A program made the position numbers and the translations under genes. Positions 10,035 through 19,512 of a stretch of DNA of 62,639 nucleotides are shown one piece after another. The stretch covers positions 1 through 62,639 of IMG/VR virus record IMGVR_UViG_3300006638_000002, one strand, 5' to 3'. The notes beneath the pieces are model-generated. The model saw only the letters and a program-made list of their open reading frames with translations, searched no databases and had not been told where the DNA came from. The stretch is from a virus (Duplodnaviria; Caudoviricetes). Each line of letters begins with the position of its first letter. The first letter of the stretch is position 1.

Positions 10035-10610
10035 ATGGCGACCATCAATAGCAAGCGTCCCGCGGCTGCCGTCTATAACGGCATGCACGTCACATTCGTT
10101 CGCGATGTGACCGACGAGATGGCCTACAATCCTCTGGTCGACCAGGTGGTTGTGAAGTTCGACAATTCCCAGTGGAATGACCAGTTCCACGACGATCCCT
10201 CCCGCACTTTCGCCTCTGGCGGGGTCCCTTATTTCCGGCGCCCGCAGAATGGCGAGGAAATGTATTTCTTCGCCAATGAGGTAGAACTCACGCCGGACGA
10301 AACGAAGGCCAATGAAAAGTCAGTTGCTGCGGCGAAAACTGCCGCGGCTGACAGGGCAAAGACTGTATCCGAGGGCCGTGCAGGAAATACCAAGCTGTTT
10401 GCCACGACGAAACGCAAGAGTGGCGCGATTGTCGGTACGGCTCCCGATCCGGCGCCGAATCCGAACGCCTCGCAGGGCCAAACTTCGGCACAGCCCCCGC
10501 AGCAGCCACAGTCACAGTCACAGCAGCCGCGTCTGAATCCGAATCCGGCCCCCGCACAGGCCCCGGCTTTCGCCCCTTCGCCCGCGATGCCTGACCCATC
10601 AAGGAGCTAA
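10035..10610 (+). CDS. Hypothetical protein with Pro/Gln-rich tail
   Basis: AGGAG SD; in head operon. Confidence 0.7.
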   Translation: MATINSKRPAAAVYNGMHVTFVRDVTDEMAYNPLVDQVVVKFDNSQWNDQFHDDPSRTFASGGVPYFRRPQNGEEMYFFANEVELTPDETKANEKSVAAAKTAAADRAKTVSEGRAGNTKLFATTKRKSGAIVGTAPDPAPNPNASQGQTSAQPPQQPQSQSQQPRLNPNPAPAQAPAFAPSPAMPDPSRS

Positions 10611-10613
10611 CAA

Positions 10614-10811
10614 ATGGCAGCAAATATTGCTCTTAACGGCGGCATGGCTGCCTACGGCGCTCTTCCGGCAGGGCAGCGAGCGTCATCGGTCCAGGCGACG
10701 TCGCTCATCTCGGCCTATACTGCCACTACGTCATCGGCTTTGATCGGAGCGGTGGTCCTCGAGATCGCCAATACGCTCATCGCAATGGGCGTCTGGAAAG
10801 GCGCTGCGTAA
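10614..10811 (+). CDS. Small putative virion protein
   Basis: AAGGAG SD; EIANTLIAMGVWKG C-terminus. Confidence 0.65.
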   Translation: MAANIALNGGMAAYGALPAGQRASSVQATSLISAYTATTSSALIGAVVLEIANTLIAMGVWKGAA

Positions 10812-10821
10812 AGGACGGCAA

Positions 10822-11514
10822 GTGAAGGTAATTTTCTGCACACCTTCACTTGCTGGACCAACGGCTCCCTATATCGCGGCGCTGGAAGCATCTATCCCTT
10901 TGATCACTAGCGCAGGCTGGGAAGAGGGCTATGCGCAGTGCATCGGCAATCCATACATCTCGGCGGCACGATCGGACATGACGCGCAGGGCGCTGGACGC
11001 CAAGGCGGACGTTATTGTCTATCTGGATTATGATCTGAGTTTCGATCCGGAGAACTTGCTCACTCTGATAGAGACTGAGGGCGATGTAGTCGCCGGCACT
11101 TATCGATTCAAAAAGGATGAAGAGGAATATATGGGCTGCATGAATGCCCATGCGGATGGCCGGCCGATTGTTCGTGCCGATGGCTGTATCGATGCCGATC
11201 GTGTGCCAGCCGGGTTCTTGAAGGTCACAAAAAACGCCATTCACAAGTTCATGGAGGCTTATCCGGAATTGATCTATGGGGAGCGATACAATCCGTCGAT
11301 CGACCTTTTCAATCACGGTGCGCACAAGGGAGTCTGGTACGGCGAGGACTACGCCTTCTCGAGGAACTGGTGTGATGCGGGTGGAAAGATTTGGGTAGTT
11401 CCTGATCTGAATATCAATCACCATTCCAAGGATCGTGTCTACGCTGGAAACTTTCACCAATTTTTGCTAAAGCAACCGCAGCCGGACTCCGGCGAGCAAC
11501 GCAAGGCGGCCTAA
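10822..11514 (+). CDS. GT-A fold glycosyltransferase-like protein
   Basis: KVIFCTP, ISAARS, YLDYD (DxD), VVAGTY, GF.K, GEDYAFSR.W...GGKIW..H motifs. Confidence 0.8.
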   Translation: MKVIFCTPSLAGPTAPYIAALEASIPLITSAGWEEGYAQCIGNPYISAARSDMTRRALDAKADVIVYLDYDLSFDPENLLTLIETEGDVVAGTYRFKKDEEEYMGCMNAHADGRPIVRADGCIDADRVPAGFLKVTKNAIHKFMEAYPELIYGERYNPSIDLFNHGAHKGVWYGEDYAFSRNWCDAGGKIWVVPDLNINHHSKDRVYAGNFHQFLLKQPQPDSGEQRKAA

Positions 11515-11526
11515 AGGAGGCACACC

Positions 11527-11913
11527 ATGGTCAACCCGATTTCCGGTACTGACACCAGCGATTCCAATATGGCGCGTAAGGCGCAATATTTTGAAGGCTC
11601 GGTGGAGGACGCAATCACTGCCACGACCTCTGCCACGCAAGCCAATTCCTACCAACTGACGGCGCAGGTTAGTCGGCTCTCGACGGTGGCGAATGGAACC
11701 GATGGCGTGAAACTGCCGCCGGCTGTTGTCGGCATGGAATTGACCATCATCAATGATGGCGCGGCTGCAGCGCAGGTATTTGGCACGTCGCCTGACACTA
11801 TCGATGGGGTTGCGACAGCTACTGGCGTTGCTCTGACCAATGCCAAGCGGGCCAAGTTCTTCTGTGTGGTAGCTGGCAAGTGGCAGTCGATGCTCGGCGC
11901 TGTAAGCACCTGA
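11527..11913 (+). CDS. Putative structural/decoration protein
   Basis: AAGGAGG SD; VKLPPAVVG.ELTIIN...DTIDG beta-sandwich pattern. Confidence 0.7.
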   Translation: MVNPISGTDTSDSNMARKAQYFEGSVEDAITATTSATQANSYQLTAQVSRLSTVANGTDGVKLPPAVVGMELTIINDGAAAAQVFGTSPDTIDGVATATGVALTNAKRAKFFCVVAGKWQSMLGAVST

Positions 11914-11936
11914 TTCGGGTTTGAAGGCAATGACCG

Positions 11937-12620
11937 ATGGCTGGCACAAGGGCCGACATGGTAACCAGGATCGCCTCGGAAATAGCCCGTGGTGACCTGA
12001 ACGCCGTTCAAATCCCGAATGCCATCAATACGGCGATAGCGGCCTATCAATCGGAACGGTTCTCATTTTCCGATGTGCCACCGGACGGCACGCAGACTTT
12101 CTATACGCAAGGCGGTCGCGCCTATTACACGAAGGCCGATAATCCGAACCTTGGCTCGGCGTGGAAAATAGATCGGGTCAATATCAACATTGGCTCGTCG
12201 ACCATCCTGCAGTTGAAGCGTGAAGATCCTGAGACGCTGATTCTCTACAATCAGCAGGCCGGGACGATGGTCGGGCAGCCGTCATGGTATGCCTACCAAA
12301 ACGGCGAGATGATTATCTCCGCCATTCCGAATACCGCTTATCTCGTCACGCTTGGGCTATTCCTGAATGTCCCGGCACCAGCGACCGATATCGAGGCAAA
12401 TAACCCGTGGATGACGACTGCGGAATTGCTCATTCGGTCGCGGGCAAAATACGAACTCGCGGTGCATGTGATGCGCAATGCGACGATGGCTGCTGCTATG
12501 TCGCCTGATCCACCGATACCGTTTCAGCCGGTGGGGGCGTCCTATCGGGAGTGGAAGCGGTTAAAGGGCGCTGCTAATAGAATTCAAGGCAGGGGTGTTT
12601 TGCGGCCCATGGCATTTTGA
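11937..12620 (+). CDS. Head-tail adaptor protein
   Basis: Helical N-terminus (IASEIAR.DL..QIPNAINTAI), GQPSWYA, NPW....ELLI; position. Confidence 0.7.
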   Translation: MAGTRADMVTRIASEIARGDLNAVQIPNAINTAIAAYQSERFSFSDVPPDGTQTFYTQGGRAYYTKADNPNLGSAWKIDRVNINIGSSTILQLKREDPETLILYNQQAGTMVGQPSWYAYQNGEMIISAIPNTAYLVTLGLFLNVPAPATDIEANNPWMTTAELLIRSRAKYELAVHVMRNATMAAAMSPDPPIPFQPVGASYREWKRLKGAANRIQGRGVLRPMAF

Positions 12621-12630
12621 CGGGTGCATA

Positions 12631-14367
12631 ATGGCAAAGCGCCCGACCATCCCAATCCCTGATTTCTCGCCTGATCTTTCCGACATCGGAACTGGCATCT
12701 CTCAGAATATCACCGGGGTCATTCCGCAGGCAGACGGCTATGGACCGTTCAAATCGCTTGTAGAGTTTACCACTGCATTGCCTGACAATTGCCGCGGGCA
12801 TTTCTTCGCGCGCAATCCAGATGGCTCCATTTCGGTATTCGCCGCGACTGCGACCGATCTTTATCTATTGAACAATACCGCATTCACATGGACGAAAGTC
12901 TCTAAAGGTGGCGGCTATTCGCAATTGCCGACGACTGACAACTGGCAGTTTGCCCAATTCAATCAGACGATCATTGCGGTGCAGATCAATACGGTGCCGC
13001 AGGCTTTCCTATTGGGATCGTCGAGCGTGTTTGCCGATCTAGGTGGTTCTCCACCGCAGGCAGGATTCGTAGCGGTCGTTAATTTCTTCCTCGTGCTCAC
13101 GGGCCTGATTTCAAACCCGAACCGGATTCAATGGTCTGATCTGGATGCTATTACGACTTGGACGGCTGGCGTTGGACAGTCGGATTTCCAAGACTTGCCG
13201 GATGGCGGCAATTGCAATGGTCTATCCGGTGGCGATGCTTATGGGGTGATTTTTCAGGATGAATCAATCCGAAGTTTGATCTATTCGCCTGGTTCCGGCG
13301 TTGTGTTTTCTATCATCCGGATATCGACGCAGGATTCATTATTCGCCAAATACACGGTTATCAATGCGGGACAGAATACGTTTTTCCTTTCCGCGCAGGG
13401 CTTCAAATATATCCCACCGGGAGGCGTCCCGACACCAATCGGCAAAGAGCGGGTGGATCGGTGGTTCTTTGCCCATGTGGACAGGTCAAATCTGCAGCTA
13501 GTGATCGGCGCCACCGATCCGAGCGCAACCCGTGTCTATTGGGCGTTCAAATCGACGGCTGGGGAAGGCGGGTTGTTTGACCAACTCCTTTGCTATGACT
13601 GGTCGATCGGGCAGAACGGGAAATGGAGCCTTATCCCGTGCAGCGGCCAATATCTTGCCGCATTGGCAAAGCCGGGGCTCACGCTGCATCAACTGGATGC
13701 GTTGGCTCCCGGCGCACTGGCGGTAACTGGCGCAGCCGATAATGGCGCAGGTCTAATTCGGTTAGCGTTAAACCAGGAATCAAACGCCTATTTCACCATC
13801 GTCGGGCAGAACTTTATCGTTGTGCAGAATGTCGAAGGTACAGTCGAGGCAAACGGTCGCTGGTCGTTTAATATCATCGATTCAACCCATATCGATCTGC
13901 TCAAGGACGAGGACGGCAATCCCTCGGCATTCGTTCATGCCTATACAAGTGGAGGTGCGATCGGCGGCTCGCTGGATGCGTTGCCATTTTCTCTCGATAG
14001 CTTCTCGCAAGCAGCAGCAGCGCGGCTTTCGGCTGTGTCGCCCAATGCTGCGGTTGGTTTCTTCGACGGCTCCAATATGGAAGCCATCATGGAAACGGAT
14101 GAGCAGGATTTGGAAGGCGATCTAGTCTTTATCGACGGCGTGCGCCCGATCACCGATGCATCAACGGCAATGATTTCGATCGGCGGACGTCTCAATGCGC
14201 AGGCTGCTGTCACCTATAGCGCGGAGTCGGCGCTCTCGGAGAATGGGGATTGCCCGCAGTTGGTAGAGACGCGATATGCGCGCGCCAAGCTGCGGATTCC
14301 GGCAGCCTCGGTGTGGACATATGCCCGTGCGGTTCAACCTAGCGCGCAGCCAGCGGGTGATACGTGA
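12631..14367 (+). CDS. Tail nozzle / DNA stabilization protein (P22 gp10-like)
   Basis: WQFAQF, RIQWS, SDFQDLPDGG, PIGKERVDRWF beta-propeller-type motifs; position. Confidence 0.75.
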   Translation: MAKRPTIPIPDFSPDLSDIGTGISQNITGVIPQADGYGPFKSLVEFTTALPDNCRGHFFARNPDGSISVFAATATDLYLLNNTAFTWTKVSKGGGYSQLPTTDNWQFAQFNQTIIAVQINTVPQAFLLGSSSVFADLGGSPPQAGFVAVVNFFLVLTGLISNPNRIQWSDLDAITTWTAGVGQSDFQDLPDGGNCNGLSGGDAYGVIFQDESIRSLIYSPGSGVVFSIIRISTQDSLFAKYTVINAGQNTFFLSAQGFKYIPPGGVPTPIGKERVDRWFFAHVDRSNLQLVIGATDPSATRVYWAFKSTAGEGGLFDQLLCYDWSIGQNGKWSLIPCSGQYLAALAKPGLTLHQLDALAPGALAVTGAADNGAGLIRLALNQESNAYFTIVGQNFIVVQNVEGTVEANGRWSFNIIDSTHIDLLKDEDGNPSAFVHAYTSGGAIGGSLDALPFSLDSFSQAAAARLSAVSPNAAVGFFDGSNMEAIMETDEQDLEGDLVFIDGVRPITDASTAMISIGGRLNAQAAVTYSAESALSENGDCPQLVETRYARAKLRIPAASVWTYARAVQPSAQPAGDT

Positions 14368-15797
14368 CAACTGGCACACAGATTGGCGTTCCTCTTAGTC
14401 CCGCCGAAACTAATACTTTCCGTATTGTCGCGGCGATCAGGGCGCTACAAAATCCAGCGAGCGCGCCGGTATTACAAACCACAATTTTCAATGTCTATCC
14501 CTCTGGTGGAGACGACACGGCCAAAATTCAAGCAGCAATCAACTCGGCCTCTGCGGCTGGACGTGGAACGGTGTTTCTACAGCCAGGGCTCTACAAAACA
14601 TCATCAGTTATAACACTTGCCGCTAATGTCGATGTGATTGGAGCAAGTCGTGACTCTGTTTTGATATTCCCGCAGACAAACTCACAGAAAGTCTTTTCTC
14701 TAATCTATAGCGTTCTGACCTATACAAATGTGGTTCTCTCTGATTTTACGATCTACACCGGAGCAACTACGGGCGTAGTTGGCATTGCGCAGACACTTAC
14801 GAGAAACGTCGCATTTCGTAATCTAGTTTTTCAGGGCACTGGTGCCGGGTCAATCGTTTTAGATCGAGTTCAGGCATTTTTAATGTCCGACATTCTGGTT
14901 GAAGGAAATCCCGGCCAGGGCGCAGGGGGCATCAAACTGTGGAGTTCAGACGATAGCAACTACGGCTCTTATGGCAGCATTACCAACTTGATTGGAGTCA
15001 ATATCGGTAACGGATTTCAGACTCCGTTTCTATACCTTCGCCGCATGGTTGGGGTGATGTGTACCAACATCAGTGCCAATGATCTTGTCATTGGCGGAAC
15101 GCCGCAGGATGGCATCATTATTGAAAACGACAGCCAAGGCAATTCATTCAGTAACATCTTGATTGGTGCGTCAAGCGTTGGTGTTCGGGTTCAGCAGGGG
15201 GCAGGCATAGTTGCATCTCCGACTTTTAATGTATTTTCAAACTTGGGAATAGATCAGCCTCATACGGCGTCAATTCTACATTCTTCCGGCGAATGGAATA
15301 GTTTTGATGGTGGGGCACTTACATCCTCAGGTGCTGTTACGACGATTACGGCCGTACAACTTACTGGCGGGTCTTCTTTACGAATTAACAATTTCACGGT
15401 CGTCGGGTTCAACGGAGTTGGGGGGCAAGCTATAGCTATTGGTGCAGGCGTCGGCAATTCCATCATTAGTGAAAATATCGTGAATGGCAACACTACCACC
15501 ATTACGGATAGCGGTACGACAAATACTGTAATTGACAATCTAGGCTACAACCCTGTCGGAGCCTCTGGGCCGACTACGGTTGGAACATCGCCTGCAACAA
15601 TTACGAATGGCGCTTCACCGGCCACTTACTATTTCCTGCAAAGCGCAACCAATACAGCAACTGTTGCCCAGGGGGGGCACACGCTGGGGACACTCAGCAG
15701 CACCACACTGCCGCTTACGGTCGATCTTGGGCCGAATGAAAGCGTGGTTGTGACTTGGATAACTACAGCGCCAACTTACACAGTTTCGGTTCATTAA
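14364..15797 (+). CDS. Tailspike, pectate-lyase-like beta-helix (no signal peptide)
   Basis: GDDTAKIQAAINSA...GTVFLQPGLY motif; only one Cys seen. Confidence 0.8.
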   Translation: MTTGTQIGVPLSPAETNTFRIVAAIRALQNPASAPVLQTTIFNVYPSGGDDTAKIQAAINSASAAGRGTVFLQPGLYKTSSVITLAANVDVIGASRDSVLIFPQTNSQKVFSLIYSVLTYTNVVLSDFTIYTGATTGVVGIAQTLTRNVAFRNLVFQGTGAGSIVLDRVQAFLMSDILVEGNPGQGAGGIKLWSSDDSNYGSYGSITNLIGVNIGNGFQTPFLYLRRMVGVMCTNISANDLVIGGTPQDGIIIENDSQGNSFSNILIGASSVGVRVQQGAGIVASPTFNVFSNLGIDQPHTASILHSSGEWNSFDGGALTSSGAVTTITAVQLTGGSSLRINNFTVVGFNGVGGQAIAIGAGVGNSIISENIVNGNTTTITDSGTTNTVIDNLGYNPVGASGPTTVGTSPATITNGASPATYYFLQSATNTATVAQGGHTLGTLSSTTLPLTVDLGPNESVVVTWITTAPTYTVSVH

Positions 15798-16226
15798 ATG
15801 AACATTCATTCCCAGATGCCGCACTATCTTATTTGCGTTGACCCCGCGAGAGTCTGGCAGGTATGGCCGATTGTGCGTGACATGATCGACGAGGGCTATG
15901 CGGCGACTGGTGAGATAACGCCGGCCGATTTGCCGGAATGGCTTGCGGACGGCAAAGGGCAATTATGGATTTCGGTCGATAACGGTGAGATCGTCGCGGC
16001 GTTGACGACATCGCTGGTTCCTATGAGAAACGGTTTAGCCTTGCGAATGATCTGCTGTGGCGGCAGCCGGATAGAACTCTGGAAAGAATGCCACGCTCAA
16101 ATTGAACAATTCGCACGGGCCGAAGGATGTGATAGGGTTATAAGCGAAGGTCGTCCTGGTTGGTCGCGTGCTCTTAAAATCGGCGGTTACAAGATGACGC
16201 GCGTCACGATCGAGAAGAGGTTATAG
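15798..16226 (+). CDS. Podovirus tail-associated GNAT-like protein
   Basis: QLW, IEQFARAEGC....GRPGWSRAL motifs; between tail and ejection genes. Confidence 0.65.
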   Translation: MNIHSQMPHYLICVDPARVWQVWPIVRDMIDEGYAATGEITPADLPEWLADGKGQLWISVDNGEIVAALTTSLVPMRNGLALRMICCGGSRIELWKECHAQIEQFARAEGCDRVISEGRPGWSRALKIGGYKMTRVTIEKRL

Positions 16227-16228
16227 CG

Positions 16229-17314
16229 ATGTCCGGTGGTGGCAGCCAAACTACACAGCAATCGCAGAACAGCGTCTCGTCTCCTTGGTCAGCAGCCCAA
16301 CCGTTGCTTACCAATCTGCTCAATTCCTACGGCGGATTGAATACTTCGGTGACCCCTGCTCAGACGGCGGCATCAGGGCAACTCGTATCCGATACCAGCG
16401 GGATTCCGAACCAAGGCGCAGGCGCTACTAGCGCGGTCAATAACGCGCTGAATTTCAATACCACTCCGCAGATGGGAATGCTGGGAGGTGCGTTTAATAC
16501 GATGTCGAGCAACCTAGCTCCGCTGACCAATCCGGCCAATCTCAATCCGTATAATACGCCAGGATTCAGCACCGCGCTCAATACTATGAATTCGGACATT
16601 ACCAAGCAGGTCGGCAATCAATATGCTGCGTCTGGTCGTGATCCTGCTGGTGCTGGCTCCCAGCCTCAAACGCTCGCCCGCGGACTGAGCCAAGGCGAAG
16701 GTCAACTAATCGCGAATCAGTACAACACGAATGCCGGAAACCTGCTGAGTGCGAACAATAGCGTGTTCGGTGCTGGCAATACGACAGCGCAGGGACAGGC
16801 TAATCTTGGGGCCACGGGGGCCGGGGTCAATCTCGCTGGCGTCAGTGCTGTACCAGGAGCATCTACCGCCTATTCCTCACCGGGGGCTACCGCGCTCACT
16901 GCGGCCAATGCTGCTCAATCAACGCCATGGACAAACCTTGCTCAATTGCTCACGCCTGCGGCGACGATCGGATCTCTCGGCGGTCAGACTTCTGGCAGCG
17001 GGACGTCGACGACCACGGGATCGACGAGCCTTCTGTCGAATATCATGGGCGGCGCGTCTGCTGGCATCGGTATGCTATCGCTGCTCTCTGATAAACGCGC
17101 TAAGACCGATATCCAGCCTGTCGGAAAATTGAACGATGGCCAGGTTATTCACAAATTCCGCATGAAGGGCGAGCCGCATTTCCAAATCGGTCTGCTTGCC
17201 CAAGAGGTCCAAAAGAAGGTGCCTAGCGCGGTTGGCAGCACGCCTATGGGCTTGCTCAACGTGAACTATGATCGCGCGACTCAGCGTTCCGCACAAATGA
17301 AGGAGGCCGCTTAG
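16229..17314 (+). CDS. Ejection/pilot-like protein with C-terminal peptidase S74 (intramolecular chaperone) domain
   Basis: MSGGGSQTT..PW N-terminus; SDKRAKTDI..VG, IGLLAQEV, VNYD motifs. Confidence 0.75.
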   Translation: MSGGGSQTTQQSQNSVSSPWSAAQPLLTNLLNSYGGLNTSVTPAQTAASGQLVSDTSGIPNQGAGATSAVNNALNFNTTPQMGMLGGAFNTMSSNLAPLTNPANLNPYNTPGFSTALNTMNSDITKQVGNQYAASGRDPAGAGSQPQTLARGLSQGEGQLIANQYNTNAGNLLSANNSVFGAGNTTAQGQANLGATGAGVNLAGVSAVPGASTAYSSPGATALTAANAAQSTPWTNLAQLLTPAATIGSLGGQTSGSGTSTTTGSTSLLSNIMGGASAGIGMLSLLSDKRAKTDIQPVGKLNDGQVIHKFRMKGEPHFQIGLLAQEVQKKVPSAVGSTPMGLLNVNYDRATQRSAQMKEAA

Positions 17315-17698
17315 ATGGCTGCACCAAGTCTAATGAATATGACGATCCCGAATCTTCTCGCCAATTCGCCAAATCCACAAGCGCAGGGGCAGGCGATCTT
17401 GCAGGCCGCGCTCAGACAACAGCAACCTAATCCCGGTGCTCCCGCTGGTGGTGCGCCGCAAGGTGGCATCAGCGGCATGATGAATAACGGGCTTTTGTCG
17501 AAGATGTTTCCCTCGATGTTCGGTGGGGCCGCTGCGGGTGCCCCGACAAGTCTCGCGCCTCCTGGTGCGGCGCCCGGCGGTCCAGTCGGGCCCGGGATCG
17601 ATCCGAATACCGGATTGCCGCCGACTGGCGCATCGGCTGCTATGCCTAACTTTGGCGGCGCGGGCCCGGCGCCTACGGCTATGACCGGACTGTGGTGA
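17315..17698 (+). CDS. Pro/Gly/Ala-rich hypothetical (ejection module)
   Basis: AAGGAGG SD; abuts previous stop. Confidence 0.6.
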   Translation: MAAPSLMNMTIPNLLANSPNPQAQGQAILQAALRQQQPNPGAPAGGAPQGGISGMMNNGLLSKMFPSMFGGAAAGAPTSLAPPGAAPGGPVGPGIDPNTGLPPTGASAAMPNFGGAGPAPTAMTGLW

Positions 17699-17706
17699 GG
17701 TAATTC

Positions 17707-19512
17707 GTGCCTGGATTGTTAGACAATCTGCTGGCGAGCTTGGCGCTGTCCAATATGCAGCAGCCACAGCCGGGTAATACCTATTCGCCCACTGGGGCGG
17801 AGGGCATGCCCGATATGTCCGCGACCGATCCTTTTGCCAATGCACCTGCCCCTGCCGCGCCTAAGCCCGGGGCGCAGTCCTTTGGCCCGTTCGCTGGTCT
17901 GCTCAATGCACCGGCTGGAACGCCCTATAGCCAGCCCGTCGCCGGTTCCGACCAGCCACCGGCCACCAATGACGTACAGGCGCAGGAACCCCAAGTTTTC
18001 AAGGATGGGGTGCCTTTGCCCAAGCCGAGGCCAGATACAGGCCTCAATGGACGCGATGAGGTGCCCGCTGGTGCGCCGCTTTCGCTTGCCCCTCCCATGC
18101 CATCGGATTCCGCCAAATTGCCTCCCGGCGCGGCTCCTACGGGGCCTGCAAGCCCATCTGCGGGGCAGCCGCCTCCTTCATCGGGTGGAATCGGCAGTTT
18201 GCTGGGGAATGTGGCGAACAAGATATTCGACCCGAATCATGCCGCGACGTGGATGGCGTTGGCTTCCGGGTTTGCGGGGGCTCCGTCGCTCGGTATGGGC
18301 ATTGGTCGGGCTGCTGGGGCTGCGGTTCCAGCCATTGCGGCTGATCGGGCCAACGAACTGCGAATGAGCGCCATTTCTCAGACCTATCAGGCGGTCAGGT
18401 CACAACTGATAGCGCAGGGCAAGTCGCCGCAAGAGGCCGGTATGACGGCAATCGCAGCCGCGCAGAATCCTGAACTGCTTAAGATGCTGGCGCCGAAACT
18501 ATACAATGCGCTGCCGCCGACGGTGCATACGCAGACCGGCATGATGGGAGAACAGACGCTACGGGTATTTGATCCGAATAGCGGAACTTTCAAAGATCAA
18601 AACGGACAGACTGGCGCAGTCACTGGCGGTGTTCCTGCAACGCCTGAAAGCGAGCAGATTTTTAACAATATCGTTCAGGCTCGCACGCAGGGGGCCAATC
18701 AGGACCAGCTTCTTCAGCAAGTCCCCGTCCAATTGCGGGACTACGTTAAATCGATGCTGAAAGGAGATGCGATTCCCACCAATCTGCCTATGCGCGGGAA
18801 TGCCCGTACAAACGCGCTGACATTGGCCCATGCGATCGATCCATCATTTAACGAGAACCTTATCCCGATGCGGCAAACCTTTGCGAAGAGCATGGGTTCG
18901 ATGCAGGCTGCATCTTTTGGTGGTCAGGTTAAGAGTGCTGGCACGGTCATGCACCATTTGGATGACGCTCTTAGCCAGTTGCCGGTTCTTGAAAGCGGAA
19001 TTACTGGGGCATCTGAAATGCTTCCGGCACTCAATCCCTTGAAGGCTGGGCTTCGCGGTCAAATTGGCGACAAGCAATACAACGACGCCATCGGGCACTA
19101 TAAAGGCGCGATTAGCGGCATCGGCAATGAACTTGAGTATTTGCTGAAGGGCGGAGTTGGCACCGAAAAGTCGACGCAGGATATTATTGGAAGGCTCGAT
19201 ATCACTAAGAACGCTCCAAGCACGGTCAGGGGTGCGCTCGATGAAGTTCGCTCTCTGATGATGGGCCGACTTTCGAATGTGGCACAGGCAAAAGATCGTG
19301 CTTTTGGCTCCGATACCGATCCTCTGACGCTACTTGGTCCACAAGAGCGTGCGGTTGCTGAACGGTTGCAGGCAGGAACTTATGCTGGTCAGCAGCGCGC
19401 GGCTGCTGGCGGCGCTGCACCAGCCGCAACCGCTCCCGTTCCTCGTGCTGCCCCGCCTCCTGGCAATTACGTGTATAATCCGGCGACACGCACGCTGGTA
19501 CCGGCGCAATGA
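17707..19512 (+). CDS. Putative DNA ejection/internal virion protein
   Basis: Large Ala/Gly/Gln-rich ORF in ejection module. Confidence 0.7.
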   Translation: MPGLLDNLLASLALSNMQQPQPGNTYSPTGAEGMPDMSATDPFANAPAPAAPKPGAQSFGPFAGLLNAPAGTPYSQPVAGSDQPPATNDVQAQEPQVFKDGVPLPKPRPDTGLNGRDEVPAGAPLSLAPPMPSDSAKLPPGAAPTGPASPSAGQPPPSSGGIGSLLGNVANKIFDPNHAATWMALASGFAGAPSLGMGIGRAAGAAVPAIAADRANELRMSAISQTYQAVRSQLIAQGKSPQEAGMTAIAAAQNPELLKMLAPKLYNALPPTVHTQTGMMGEQTLRVFDPNSGTFKDQNGQTGAVTGGVPATPESEQIFNNIVQARTQGANQDQLLQQVPVQLRDYVKSMLKGDAIPTNLPMRGNARTNALTLAHAIDPSFNENLIPMRQTFAKSMGSMQAASFGGQVKSAGTVMHHLDDALSQLPVLESGITGASEMLPALNPLKAGLRGQIGDKQYNDAIGHYKGAISGIGNELEYLLKGGVGTEKSTQDIIGRLDITKNAPSTVRGALDEVRSLMMGRLSNVAQAKDRAFGSDTDPLTLLGPQERAVAERLQAGTYAGQQRAAAGGAAPAATAPVPRAAPPPGNYVYNPATRTLVPAQ

